Below, in pieces: positions 25,827 to 35,133 of a DNA stretch of 49,462 nucleotides. The DNA is taken from the NCBI GenBank assembly GCA_902494295.1, contig CABUSL010000001.1:1-49462 (forward strand), given 5' to 3'. This stretch comes from an uncultured Collinsella sp. (GTDB lineage Bacteria > Actinomycetota > Coriobacteriia > Coriobacteriales > Coriobacteriaceae). Position numbers and translations under genes: made by a program. The notes under the pieces were generated by a model that did no database searches, was not told the origin of the DNA, and was given only the letters and a program-made list of their open reading frames with translations. Position 1 is the first letter of the stretch, and each line of letters opens with the position of its first letter.

Positions 25827-28049
25827 ATGAAGATCATCAAGCGCAGCGGCACCGAGGTTGTCTTTGACATCGATAAGATTGTCAATGCCATCCGCGCCGC
25901 AAACTTGGAGGTCGAGGAGAGCTCTCGTCTTACCGACCGCCAGGTGGTTTACGCGGCACAAAACGTCGCCGAGGCATGCGAGAACGCGGGCCACACCGTG
26001 TCGGTCGAGGAGATTCAGGATCTGGTCGAGGACGAGATTATGCGTCTCGACTGCTACGAGGTCGCTCGCCATTACATCATCTATCGCTATGTTCAGAGCC
26101 TGAAGCGCCAGAAGAACACGACCGACGACAAGATTCTGTCGCTGATTGAGTGCAACAACGAAGAGGTCAAGCAGGAGAACTCCAACAAGAACCCGACCGT
26201 CAATTCCGTTCAGCGTGACTACATGGCCGGCGAGATCTCCAAGGACCTGACCCAGCGTGTGCTGCTGCCCCAGGAGATTGTGGATGCTCACAATGAGGGT
26301 CTGATTCACTTCCATGATTCGGACTACTTTGCCCAGCACATGCATAACTGCGACCTGGTGAACCTGGAGGATATGCTCCAGAACGGTACTGTTATTTCGG
26401 GCACGCTGATCGAGAAGCCGCACAGCTTCTCGACTGCCTGCAACATCGCGACGCAGATCATCGCTCAGGTTGCTTCCTCCCAGTACGGTGGCCAGTCGAT
26501 TTCGCTGACCCATCTTGCCCCGTTCGTCGAGGTGAGCCGTCAAAAGATTCGCGGCGAGGTCGCCCGCGAGCTCGAGGAGCTCGGCGTTTCCGCATCTCCC
26601 GAAAAGGTCCGCGAGGTTGTTGAGGACCGCCTGCGTGACGAGATCCGCCGCGGCGTTCAGACGATTCAGTATCAGGTCGTGACCCTTATGACCACGAATG
26701 GCCAGGCGCCGTTCGTGACGGTCTTTATGTATCTCAATGAGGCCCGTACGCCCCAGGAGAAGCACGACCTTGCCATGATTGTGGAGGAGACGCTTCGCCA
26801 GCGCTACGAGGGCGTTAAGAACGAGGCCGGCGTGTGGATTACCCCGGCATTCCCCAAGCTCATCTATGTACTCGAGGACGATAACGTTCACGAGAATTCC
26901 CCGTACTTCTACCTGACCCAGCTGGCCGCTAAGTGCACCGCCAAGCGCATGGTGCCCGACTACATCTCCGAGAAGAAGATGCGCGAGCTCAAGCTGTCGA
27001 AGGGCGAGACCGCGGGCAACGGCGACTGCTATACCTGCATGGGTTGCCGCAGCTTCCTGACGCCCGACCGCTCCGGTAACGGATTTAACAACGTGGCCAA
27101 CGCGCTGAACTATGACCCGAACAAGCCCAAGTACTACGGTCGCTTTAACCAGGGCGTTGTGACCATCAACCTGCCCGATGTCGCGCTGAGCTCGCATCAG
27201 GACATGGACAAGTTCTGGAAGATCTTCGACGAGCGCCTTGAGCTGTGCCACCGCGCCCTGCTGTGCCGTCATGAGCGTCTGATGGGTACGCTTTCGGATG
27301 CCGCACCGATTCTTTGGCAGTACGGCGCCCTCGCCCGCCTGAAGAAGGGCGAGACGATCGACAAGCTGCTCGTGGGCGGTTACTCCACCATTAGTCTGGG
27401 TTATGCCGGCCTGTACGAGTGCGTCAAGTACATGACGGGCCACAGCCACACCGAGAAGGAGGGCACGCCCTTTGCCATGGCCGTCATGCAGCGCATGAAC
27501 GACAAGTGCGCGGAGTGGAAGGCCGAAAGCGATATTGACTTCTCGCTGTACGGTACCCCGCTTGAGTCGACGACCTACAAGTTCGCCAAGTGCCTGCAGC
27601 GTCGTTTTGGCATCATCCCGGGCGTGACGGACAAGGGCTACATCACCAACAGCTACCACGTCCATGTGTCCGAGGAGATCGATGCCTTCGACAAGCTTAA
27701 GTTTGAGGGCATGTTCCAGCAGCTTTCGCCGGGCGGTGCCATCTCCTACGTCGAGGTTCCCAACATGCAGGACAACCTCAAGGCTGTCATTCGCGTGATG
27801 CAGTACATCTACGACAACATCATGTACGCTGAGCTCAACACCAAGAGCGACTACTGCCAGGTGTGCGGCTACGACGGTGAGATCAAGATTGTCGAGGATG
27901 ACGGCAAGCTGGTGTGGGAGTGCCCCAACTGCGGCAACCGCGATCAGGAGAAGATGAATGTCGCCCGTCGTACGTGCGGCTACATCGGTACCCAATTCTG
28001 GAACCAGGGCCGAACCGAGGAGATCCGCGACCGCGTGCTGCATCTCTAA
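25827..28049 (+). CDS. nrdD: Anaerobic (class III) ribonucleoside-triphosphate reductase
   Basis: N-terminal ATP cone (MKIIKRSG..FD..KI), MGCRSFL, GRFNQGVVTINL, C-terminal CxxC/CxxC and glycyl-radical RTCGYIG. Confidence 0.96.
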   Translation: MKIIKRSGTEVVFDIDKIVNAIRAANLEVEESSRLTDRQVVYAAQNVAEACENAGHTVSVEEIQDLVEDEIMRLDCYEVARHYIIYRYVQSLKRQKNTTDDKILSLIECNNEEVKQENSNKNPTVNSVQRDYMAGEISKDLTQRVLLPQEIVDAHNEGLIHFHDSDYFAQHMHNCDLVNLEDMLQNGTVISGTLIEKPHSFSTACNIATQIIAQVASSQYGGQSISLTHLAPFVEVSRQKIRGEVARELEELGVSASPEKVREVVEDRLRDEIRRGVQTIQYQVVTLMTTNGQAPFVTVFMYLNEARTPQEKHDLAMIVEETLRQRYEGVKNEAGVWITPAFPKLIYVLEDDNVHENSPYFYLTQLAAKCTAKRMVPDYISEKKMRELKLSKGETAGNGDCYTCMGCRSFLTPDRSGNGFNNVANALNYDPNKPKYYGRFNQGVVTINLPDVALSSHQDMDKFWKIFDERLELCHRALLCRHERLMGTLSDAAPILWQYGALARLKKGETIDKLLVGGYSTISLGYAGLYECVKYMTGHSHTEKEGTPFAMAVMQRMNDKCAEWKAESDIDFSLYGTPLESTTYKFAKCLQRRFGIIPGVTDKGYITNSYHVHVSEEIDAFDKLKFEGMFQQLSPGGAISYVEVPNMQDNLKAVIRVMQYIYDNIMYAELNTKSDYCQVCGYDGEIKIVEDDGKLVWECPNCGNRDQEKMNVARRTCGYIGTQFWNQGRTEEIRDRVLHL

Positions 28050-28082
28050 TACCGCTCCGGGGCTGAGCCGGGAGGGTCGCTT

Positions 28083-28176
28083 GGGCATTTGCTCGCTATT
28101 TCGGACAGTCCTGGCTCACGACGGAGGCGCCACTGGCGCCTCCTGTTCGTGTGGAACTCATATCGAGCAAAGGTCC
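28083..28176. repeat. Long imperfect palindrome in the nrdD-nrdG spacer
   Basis: TTTGCTCG / CGAGCAAA outer stem and GGAGGCGCC-ACT-GGCGCCTCC core. Confidence 0.6.
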
Positions 28177-28376
28177 GGGGCCTCGCTACGGGGCAGCCAA
28201 GTTGACGTAGCGGAGATGCAGCTCGCGGTCTGCTCACTCCTCGAAGTTCTTAGCGGAAATGAGTTGACTTACAACAACGCTTTGCTTGTGATGGCGGTTG
28301 AGCTGCAACAAAGTTTTTATTGGACCTCGAACCCTATACTCGATGTTCGCTTCGTTCATTGAGTTACCCTTTGCAT

Positions 28377-28460
28377 GAGGCCGGGACATATCGTCCCGCC
28401 CGCAGTTTCGCAGGCCGAAGGCCGAGAATGTTTGAGGACGGGATGATATGTCCCGGCCTC
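28377..28460 (+). repeat. Palindromic element, family A short copy 3
   Basis: 22-bp arms with one G.T pair enclose CCCGCAG..AGGCC-GAA-GGCCGA..ATGTTTGAGGAC. Confidence 0.7.
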
Positions 28461-28475
28461 CCGGGAGAGTTACCT

Positions 28476-29057
28476 ATGAACTACGCGAACATTAAGTATT
28501 TCGACATTGCTGATGGAGAAGGCGTTCGTACTTCTCTGTTTGTGAGCGGGTGCCGTCGTGGGTGCAAGAACTGCTTTAACTCTGTCGCGTGGGACTTTGC
28601 TGCGGGCGAGCCCTTTAATCGTGCCGTCGAGGACAAAATTATCGAGAGTCTCGACCATCCCTTTATCGATGGCCTGACGATTCTGGGCGGCGAGCCTATG
28701 GAACCCGAGAATCAGGCGGGGCTCGTTGAGTTTATCGAGCGTGTTCGCGCGGCCTATCCAGCGGGGTCAGGAAAGACCATTTGGTGTTTTACCGGCGACG
28801 TGCTCGAGGAGCTTATGCCGGGTGGTCGTCACCATACCGAGGTGACGGACCGTATCCTTGCCTGCCTCGATATGTTGGTGGATGGCCCGTTTGTTCAGGA
28901 TCTGTACGATATCTCATTGCGCTTTAGGGGCTCGAGTAACCAGCGTGTGATCGATATGAACGCTACGCGCGACCGCGCTGTGCGTGAGGGTGTTGCGCTT
29001 TGCGACGCTGTGGAGCTTTGGCGGGACGATCCAGTCTATTCGACCCATACTATGTAG
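28476..29057 (+). CDS. nrdG: Anaerobic RNR activating protein (radical SAM)
   Basis: DGEGVRTSLFVSGC, CRRGCKNC, LGGEP and FRGSSNQR motifs. Confidence 0.95.
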   Translation: MNYANIKYFDIADGEGVRTSLFVSGCRRGCKNCFNSVAWDFAAGEPFNRAVEDKIIESLDHPFIDGLTILGGEPMEPENQAGLVEFIERVRAAYPAGSGKTIWCFTGDVLEELMPGGRHHTEVTDRILACLDMLVDGPFVQDLYDISLRFRGSSNQRVIDMNATRDRAVREGVALCDAVELWRDDPVYSTHTM

Positions 29058-29123
29058 CTTGTGGTCGATGCCGAAGGACGTGGTACCATAGCGCGAACGT
29101 GAAATCGGAAAAGTGAGGCCCAG

Positions 29124-29681
29124 ATGGTCGATCAGGAAAAAGTCGAGGCCGCCATTAAGCTGTTGCTTGAAGGTATAGGCGAGGACCCAACTCGCGAGGG
29201 CCTGCTGGAGACCCCGGCGCGCGTTGCCCGTATGTATGGTGAGATCGCCGGCGGTATGGACCAGAGTGCCGAGGAGCACCTGTCCAAAACCTTTGCCGTC
29301 GCTTCGAACGATTTGGTTATCGAGCGCGACATCACGTTCTACTCGCTGTGTGAACATCATCTGCTGCCGTTTTATGGCAAGGCTGCGATCGGCTATATCC
29401 CTAACGGTCACGTGGCGGGTCTGTCTAAGCTCGCTCGCACGGTTGAGGTCTATGCCCGTCGTCTGCAGCTGCAGGAGCAGCTGTGTGCGCAGGTTGCCGA
29501 CGCTCTCATGGATTATCTCGCTCCCCAGGGAGCGATTGTGCTCATGGAAGCCGAGCATATGTGCATGACCATGCGCGGCGTGCAAAAGCCCGGCACCAAG
29601 ACCGTGACGCTCGCTCGCCGCGGCGTCTTTGAGACCGATCCCGCGCTCGAGGAGCGGTTCTTTAGGATGCTGGGCCGATAG
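29124..29681 (+). CDS. folE: GTP cyclohydrolase I
   Basis: [28 protein letters not shown] and HMCMTMRG motifs. Confidence 0.95.
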   Translation: MVDQEKVEAAIKLLLEGIGEDPTREGLLETPARVARMYGEIAGGMDQSAEEHLSKTFAVASNDLVIERDITFYSLCEHHLLPFYGKAAIGYIPNGHVAGLSKLARTVEVYARRLQLQEQLCAQVADALMDYLAPQGAIVLMEAEHMCMTMRGVQKPGTKTVTLARRGVFETDPALEERFFRMLGR

Positions 29682-29682
29682 C

Positions 29683-30264
29683 ATGAGGGTCGTCAACGAC
29701 TTTACATCGAAGACCGATGAGGGGACGTCGCGTCGCGGCTTCATGGCTTCGGGCCTGGCCCCCTTTGGTGCCATGCCTCGCATTGATTACATTTGTGCCA
29801 ACGGGCTGTTTCGGCGGCACCTGGGCAACATTGCGCAGTTGGAATCGGGGCGCATCTTCTGCCGCCACGGTATTGACCATCTGCTCGATGTCGCTCGCAT
29901 TATGTGGATCAAGAATCTCGAGGAGCAGCTCGAATTTGACCGCGAGGTCATCTACGCCACGGCACTTCTTCACGATATCGGCAAAGATGAACAGTATGAA
30001 TCGGGTATATCCCATGATGTTGCAAGCGAACGCGTCGCTGATGCGATTCTCGGCGGCATGCCCGATGATGTGGCGTTTGAGCCGGCCGATGCCGCAGCCA
30101 TTAAGACGGCCATTCTGGGCCATCGAAAGCTGCGCGTGAACAGCCAACCGCTTGAGCGTCTGCTCTATGCAGCCGACAAAGCGTCGCGCGCCTGCTTTGC
30201 ATGCCCCGCGCGCAATGCTTGCAACTGGAGCGATGATAAAAAGAACCTGTCGATTCGCGTATAG
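29683..30264 (+). CDS. HD-domain phosphohydrolase (candidate dihydroneopterin triphosphate hydrolase)
   Basis: FCRHGIDHLLDVARI, ALLHDIG, H, GHR and ADK motifs. Located between folE and folB; exact start uncertain. Confidence 0.8.
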   Translation: MRVVNDFTSKTDEGTSRRGFMASGLAPFGAMPRIDYICANGLFRRHLGNIAQLESGRIFCRHGIDHLLDVARIMWIKNLEEQLEFDREVIYATALLHDIGKDEQYESGISHDVASERVADAILGGMPDDVAFEPADAAAIKTAILGHRKLRVNSQPLERLLYAADKASRACFACPARNACNWSDDKKNLSIRV

Positions 30265-30307
30265 TTAGTTTGCGCGGTCGGGGCTCTAAACGAAGGAGAC
30301 GATCGCG

Positions 30308-30793
30308 ATGAGCAACAAGAAACTGCCCGAGAATGCAACCAAGACTGAAGGCGCCGAGCTCGCCCGCCGTGGAAGGGGCGAAATATCCACTGCAACGGCG
30401 GTGCCCCACGTGAGCTATGACGATCTTCGCCATGCCGATCGCATTACTATCGACGGTCTCGAGGTCTTTGCCAACCACGGCGTGTATCCCGAAGAGAACG
30501 CGCTGGGCCAGAAGTTCATCGTGTCCTTGGTGCTCTATGCCGACCTGCGTGCAGCGGGGGAGCACGATAACCTGGACGCCTCGATTGACTACGGCTCGGT
30601 GTGCCACGATGTCGATGGCTATCTGCGCGAGCATACTTTTAAGCTCATTGAGGCTGCAGCCGAGGGTGTGGCCCAGATGCTGCTACGTCGTTATCCCCTG
30701 CTGCTTGGCGTGCGTGTTAAGCTCGATAAGCCTTGGGCGCCCGTCGGTCTTCCCCTGGCAAGCTGCGGTGTCGAGATCGAGCGCGTGCGCTAA
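30308..30793 (+). CDS. folB: Dihydroneopterin aldolase
   Basis: FANHGVYPEENALGQKF, SIDYG, LIEAAAE and KPWAPVG motifs; ~40-aa N-terminal extension. Confidence 0.9.
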   Translation: MSNKKLPENATKTEGAELARRGRGEISTATAVPHVSYDDLRHADRITIDGLEVFANHGVYPEENALGQKFIVSLVLYADLRAAGEHDNLDASIDYGSVCHDVDGYLREHTFKLIEAAAEGVAQMLLRRYPLLLGVRVKLDKPWAPVGLPLASCGVEIERVR

Positions 30794-30799
30794 CCGGTT

Positions 30800-31576
30800 C
30801 TAATATGTCTCTATGGGTGGCTGCTTGAGCCGCTGGGACAGTGCTCTATTGTTGGGGCAGTACGTGTCGAGCAAGGCGTGAAACCGCTGATTGTGGCTTG
30901 GCTCGAGCAAGTGGACGAGCTCGTGGGCGACAACCATGTCGAGGCATTCGACGGGATAGGCGGCAAGTTCTCGTGCGATGCGAACGGCGCCGGATTTGGG
31001 AGTGCATGAGCCCCAACGCGTTTTCATGCTGCGTACGGAAACGCGAGAAACGGCGACACCCATTGCGATTTCGTATGCGTGCACCATATCGCGCAGCGCC
31101 GATGTGACTTCGGACGTATAGAGCTGGTCGATGTGGGCTTGGAGTTCATCGGACGTTAGGCCGTCGAGGATTGCGTGCCGCTTGGTCTGTGGGCCTTCGT
31201 CCGATTTATCGGTACCCATAAAACTTGCGAAGGTGGCCTGTTTGGGTCGCGGTGCGGGCGATGCAAAGTTGTGATCGAGCGCATCTTGTACCGTGATGGG
31301 CTTGCCCCAAAGTGCAATGATGGACGAGTGGCTGAGCGGCTCTCGCGCCGTCGCCTGACGTTGCTTGCGCTGGGCAAGTCGGCTGATAATCCAGGCGCTG
31401 TTGCGTTTCACAAACGCTTCTATACGCTCGCGAGTGGCGCTGAGCGGTGCGCTTGCGTGGACCTCGCCGCTCGATGTGACGCGTAGGTTGAAGTTCTTGA
31501 CGCGCTTTTTGGTAACGACGACGGGGATGGGCGTCCCATCCGGTCGGGATACGGAAATCGTAAACTGCTGCGTCAA
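30800..31576 (-). CDS. YgjP/M48-like (DUF45) zinc metallohydrolase
   Basis: MKTRWGSC and HELVHLLEPSHNQRF motifs. Probable TTG start after GAAGGA (start uncertain). Confidence 0.82.
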   Translation of the reverse strand: MTQQFTISVSRPDGTPIPVVVTKKRVKNFNLRVTSSGEVHASAPLSATRERIEAFVKRNSAWIISRLAQRKQRQATAREPLSHSSIIALWGKPITVQDALDHNFASPAPRPKQATFASFMGTDKSDEGPQTKRHAILDGLTSDELQAHIDQLYTSEVTSALRDMVHAYEIAMGVAVSRVSVRSMKTRWGSCTPKSGAVRIARELAAYPVECLDMVVAHELVHLLEPSHNQRFHALLDTYCPNNRALSQRLKQPPIETY

Positions 31577-31650
31577 AAGCGGTCCTTCAGATTGGGGACG
31601 GGCCGGCATGTCGACCGTTCGGCATGCCGGCCCGCTCAAGGGATGTGAAA

Positions 31651-32664
31651 TTAATAACGCTCAAAGAAGGCAAGCGCGTTGTCGCTACAGAGCTTCTGCA
31701 TCACGGTCTTGCCAAAGTGCTTGGAGAGCATGTTCTGGAACTCGGGCATCTTGCTGGCATCGGAGAGGAAAGCGGGCACAGCGGCGCCGTCCCAGTCGCC
31801 GCCGAGCGCGATGACGTCCTCGCCGCCCAGGTCGAGCCAGTGCTCGATATGTGCCGCCAGCTGGTCGAAGGTGACGTCTGCGGCGGTCTTGTCGGTTGCG
31901 TCGTTGGAAAGGAACTCGCTGCAGTAGTTGAGGCCGACGATGCCACCCATGTCGCGAATGGTACGGAACTGGTCGTCGGTAAGGTTGCGTTTGGCACCGC
32001 AAACCGCACGGGAGTTGGAGTGGCTGGCGACGAAGGGACGCGTGGCGCGGGCGACAACCTCGTCAAAGCACTCATCGTTGAGGTGGGAGACGTCAAGCAC
32101 CATGCCGGCGTGCTCCATCTGCGTAAGTGCCTCGATGCCGGCGGCGGTGAGACCGGCGTGGGTATCGTGTCCGCTCGCGAGCGGCCCCTGCGCGTTCCAG
32201 CTGAGTGATGACATGAGCACGCCCAGGCTCTTGAGCACTTCGATCAGCGCGGGGTCCTCGGCAAAGAACGTGGCGTTTTCGATGGTGTGGATGCAAGCGA
32301 CCTTGCCGTCCTTGAGCGCGGGACGAATGTCTGCGGCGCTGCGCACGTTGACCATGCGGTCGTGGTTGAGCATTGCCTGGCCGCTCATGTGCGCCATGAT
32401 CTGCGCCTGGAAGCGCGCGGCGTGGGCGGTGGGAATCTCGTCGGGGACAAACGTGGCGAAGCACTGCGCCCACGGCGTGTTGCCGATCTTTGCGAGCGAG
32501 ATGGCGCAGGCGTTGCCCTCGATGAGGTCGAAATCTTGCGGATGCGTTTCGTCGCCGGGGAAATAACCGTCGGTGCCGGCGGTAAAGCGCAGGTCGAGAT
32601 CGAGCGTGGCCCAGCCGATGCGGTCGGCGGTGTCGCAGTGTAGGTCAAATACGGGATATGCCAT
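31651..32664 (-). CDS. Membrane dipeptidase (peptidase M19 family)
   Basis: DLHCDT, LDVSHL, ASHSNSR, RNLTD and LGGDWDG motifs. GGAGG SD. Confidence 0.88.
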   Translation of the reverse strand: MAYPVFDLHCDTADRIGWATLDLDLRFTAGTDGYFPGDETHPQDFDLIEGNACAISLAKIGNTPWAQCFATFVPDEIPTAHAARFQAQIMAHMSGQAMLNHDRMVNVRSAADIRPALKDGKVACIHTIENATFFAEDPALIEVLKSLGVLMSSLSWNAQGPLASGHDTHAGLTAAGIEALTQMEHAGMVLDVSHLNDECFDEVVARATRPFVASHSNSRAVCGAKRNLTDDQFRTIRDMGGIVGLNYCSEFLSNDATDKTAADVTFDQLAAHIEHWLDLGGEDVIALGGDWDGAAVPAFLSDASKMPEFQNMLSKHFGKTVMQKLCSDNALAFFERY

Positions 32665-32784
32665 GGTTCCTCCGGTTGCAGCGTTTCTTTGCAAACTGTC
32701 TTTGAATTGTATGACTAGGGTATAGTTAGCGCCATATGTTCATGGCGGCCCACGTTGTGCGCTGCCCTTATCACGGAGGTTTCC

Positions 32785-33213
32785 ATGTCCAACCAGGGCA
32801 AGAAGGTCAAGACCCATTATCGCGGCACGCTCGACGACGGCACGCAGTTCGATAGCTCCTACGATCGCGGCGAGCCGCTGGAGTTCACCTGCGGCGCCGG
32901 TCAGATGATCAAGGGCTTCGACGCCGCCGTTGTCGACATGCAGGTGGGCGAGAAGAAGACCGTGCACATCCCGGCTGCCGATGCCTATGGCGAGCACAAT
33001 CCCGAGATGGTTTTGACCTTCCCGGCCGAACAGGTTCCCAACATCGAGCAGATCGAGAAGGGCATGAAGCTCTTCCTGTCCACGCCGAGCGGCATGCCCG
33101 TCCCCGCCGTGGTCATCGACGTAACGCCCGAGGCCGTGACGCTCGACGCCAACCACGAGCTGGCCGGCAAGGACCTCAACTTTGATATCGAGCTCGTCGA
33201 GGTCGAGGGTTAG
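32785..33213 (+). CDS. FKBP-type peptidyl-prolyl isomerase, SlyD/SlpA-like without the His-rich tail
   Basis: HYRGTLDDGTQFDSS, GQMIKGF, AYGE, an insert-in-flap domain and DANHELAGKDLNF. Confidence 0.9.
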   Translation: MSNQGKKVKTHYRGTLDDGTQFDSSYDRGEPLEFTCGAGQMIKGFDAAVVDMQVGEKKTVHIPAADAYGEHNPEMVLTFPAEQVPNIEQIEKGMKLFLSTPSGMPVPAVVIDVTPEAVTLDANHELAGKDLNFDIELVEVEG

Positions 33214-33216
33214 AGT

Positions 33217-33795
33217 ATGCCTGAACGCTTGGTTTCGACGACATGCTTGGGAAATCTCAACGATCCGTCCTATGAGCTTTTGCTTCGCCGGAAGTTGGGC
33301 GGCGTCTTTGAAGTTGACGAGCTGCTGCTCGATTGGGACCAGGCTGATGTATGCGCGCTTGTGGGCGTGACGGAGCTGGGGCGCACGGTCGATGTTCGGC
33401 TGGATACTGCCGACGGCGGTCGTCTTGCCGACGGTGACGTGCTCGCTATCGACCACACGGGTGCGGTGCCCGTGGTGGTTGTCGTACGTCTGCGCAGCGC
33501 CGAGGTTTATTTGGTCGAAGTTGACCGCATGGACCCGATTGCGCTCGCGCATGCGTGCTGGGAGATCGGCAATATGCATACGCCACTTTTCCGAGGCGAT
33601 TCGGACGAGCATACCGTGCGCATGTATACGCCGGTGCAGCCTGTTTTGGGCCGCATGCTCCGGGGCGTCGAGGGCGTTCGGCTCTCGGTGGTTACCCGTG
33701 AACTCGATTCGGACCGGCGCTTTGCGTCGAGTGCGGCGGATGCCGTTGTGAGTATGGCTCCAGACTTTACGATCGTAAAGAAGGCGCGCGGTTAA
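33217..33795 (+). CDS. ureE: UreE-like metallochaperone
   Basis: TELGRTVDVRL..LADGDVL N-domain and ACWEIGNMH (the GNRH-type Ni-binding His motif of UreE). Confidence 0.72.
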   Translation: MPERLVSTTCLGNLNDPSYELLLRRKLGGVFEVDELLLDWDQADVCALVGVTELGRTVDVRLDTADGGRLADGDVLAIDHTGAVPVVVVVRLRSAEVYLVEVDRMDPIALAHACWEIGNMHTPLFRGDSDEHTVRMYTPVQPVLGRMLRGVEGVRLSVVTRELDSDRRFASSAADAVVSMAPDFTIVKKARG

Positions 33796-33808
33796 CGTGC
33801 GTATAAGT

Positions 33809-33850
33809 AAGACGGACTTTGAGAGGCAACTATTCAAAGTCCGTCTTTCT
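33809..33850 (+). terminator. Terminator-like hairpin after the FKBP-ureE pair
   Basis: AAGACGGACTTTGA / TCAAAGTCCGTCTT stem followed by TCT. Confidence 0.6.
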
Positions 33851-33878
33851 GTTGATGAGATGCTGTGGGGGAAAGCAT

Positions 33879-34676
33879 ATGGGTCTTGAAGGAATCAAGC
33901 TGATTGCATGCGATTTGGACGGTACGTTGCTGCATCCGGGGGAGCGCGAGCCGCGTTCCGAGGCCTTTGAGCTCATCGATGAGCTGCATCGTCGCGGTAT
34001 CGTGTTTATGCCGGCGAGCGGCCGTCAATATGCGAGCTTGCGCTATCTGTTTGCCCCGGTGGCCGATGAGCTCGCCTATGTATGCGAAAACGGAGCTCTG
34101 GTGATGAGCGAGGGGCGTGCCGTTGTCAAGCGCTCCATGGAGCGTAGCCTTGCTATGGATATCGCGAATGCCGTGGTTGCGTATCCCCATGCCGACGTGA
34201 CCCTTTCGTGTGAGGGGCACCTTTACACCATGAGCGGCAACGATGCGTTCGTCGACCATTTGCGTTACGAGGTCCATTGCGATGTGGCGGTGGTCGACCG
34301 TCCCGAGGACATTGACGAGGATGTCATTAAGATTGCGTTTCAAACGCCTGAGACAGAGCAGCCGGCGGCGCTGGAGTATTTTGTGCGTCGCTTTAGCGAT
34401 CGGGTTGATGTGATGACGTCGGGAACCGAATGGACGGACTTTATCGGCTTTGATTCGGGTAAGGGTTCCGCGCTTGCCGATTACGGTCGTGCCTTGGGTA
34501 TTTCGCCCGATGAGATGATGGCGTTTGGCGATAACGAAAACGATCGCGACATGCTCAACGTCGTGGGCCATCCCTATCTGATGGAGAACTGCAACCCCAC
34601 CATGCGCGGCATCAACGACCGCGTCCGTTACGTGCGCACGGTCGAAGAAGAGCTGCGTCGCCTGCTCGCCGAGTAG
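33879..34676 (+). CDS. Cof-type HAD-IIB hydrolase
   Basis: DLDGTLL, ASGR, CENGA, K and FGDNENDRDML motifs. Confidence 0.9.
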   Translation: MGLEGIKLIACDLDGTLLHPGEREPRSEAFELIDELHRRGIVFMPASGRQYASLRYLFAPVADELAYVCENGALVMSEGRAVVKRSMERSLAMDIANAVVAYPHADVTLSCEGHLYTMSGNDAFVDHLRYEVHCDVAVVDRPEDIDEDVIKIAFQTPETEQPAALEYFVRRFSDRVDVMTSGTEWTDFIGFDSGKGSALADYGRALGISPDEMMAFGDNENDRDMLNVVGHPYLMENCNPTMRGINDRVRYVRTVEEELRRLLAE

Positions 34677-34691
34677 GCATGTCCCAAACAT

Positions 34692-35072
34692 CTACCGGCA
34701 GTCGGGGCAGAGACCCTCGAAGATGGTGTAGTGCGACGTGACGTGCCAGCCGATTTGCTCGGACGCTTTGGCGTCGAGCTGGGCATCGAAGGGGAGCGGT
34801 ACGTCGATGACGCGGCTGCATGAGGTGCAGATGATATGCGCATGTGGCTCGATCGTGCGATCGAAGCGGCTGCCGCCCGGCGTCTTGATGGAGAGAATCT
34901 CGCCGGCGTCGGCCAAGAGATTGAGGTTGCGGTAGACCGTGCCGCGGCTGATCTTGTCATCCTGTTCGCGCACGGCGTTGTAGATTTCGTCGGCGGTGGG
35001 ATGGTTATAGCTTTGGCGCACGGCGTCAAGAACCAGCTTTCGCTGCTTGGTATTCCTTCTTTGCACCGCCAT
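34692..35072 (-). CDS. perR: Fur-family regulator, PerR-like
   Basis: HPTADEIY, GTVYRNL, RFD, HAHIICTSC, IDV and GLCPDC; the His/Asp ligand pattern is PerR-type. Confidence 0.75.
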   Translation of the reverse strand: MAVQRRNTKQRKLVLDAVRQSYNHPTADEIYNAVREQDDKISRGTVYRNLNLLADAGEILSIKTPGGSRFDRTIEPHAHIICTSCSRVIDVPLPFDAQLDAKASEQIGWHVTSHYTIFEGLCPDCR

Positions 35073-35133
35073 GCGCCTCGCCTCTTTTCTATCAACGGTC
35101 GTAGGTAAATGATACCGTATTTAGCACACAATA

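Noticed and set aside
25533..28088. Long antisense ORFs (851 aa here; also 9979-11712, 12360-14027, 38241-39947, 47884-49326 and others)
   Set aside because: They are shadows of highly biased GC-rich coding strands, with no motifs or SD signals.
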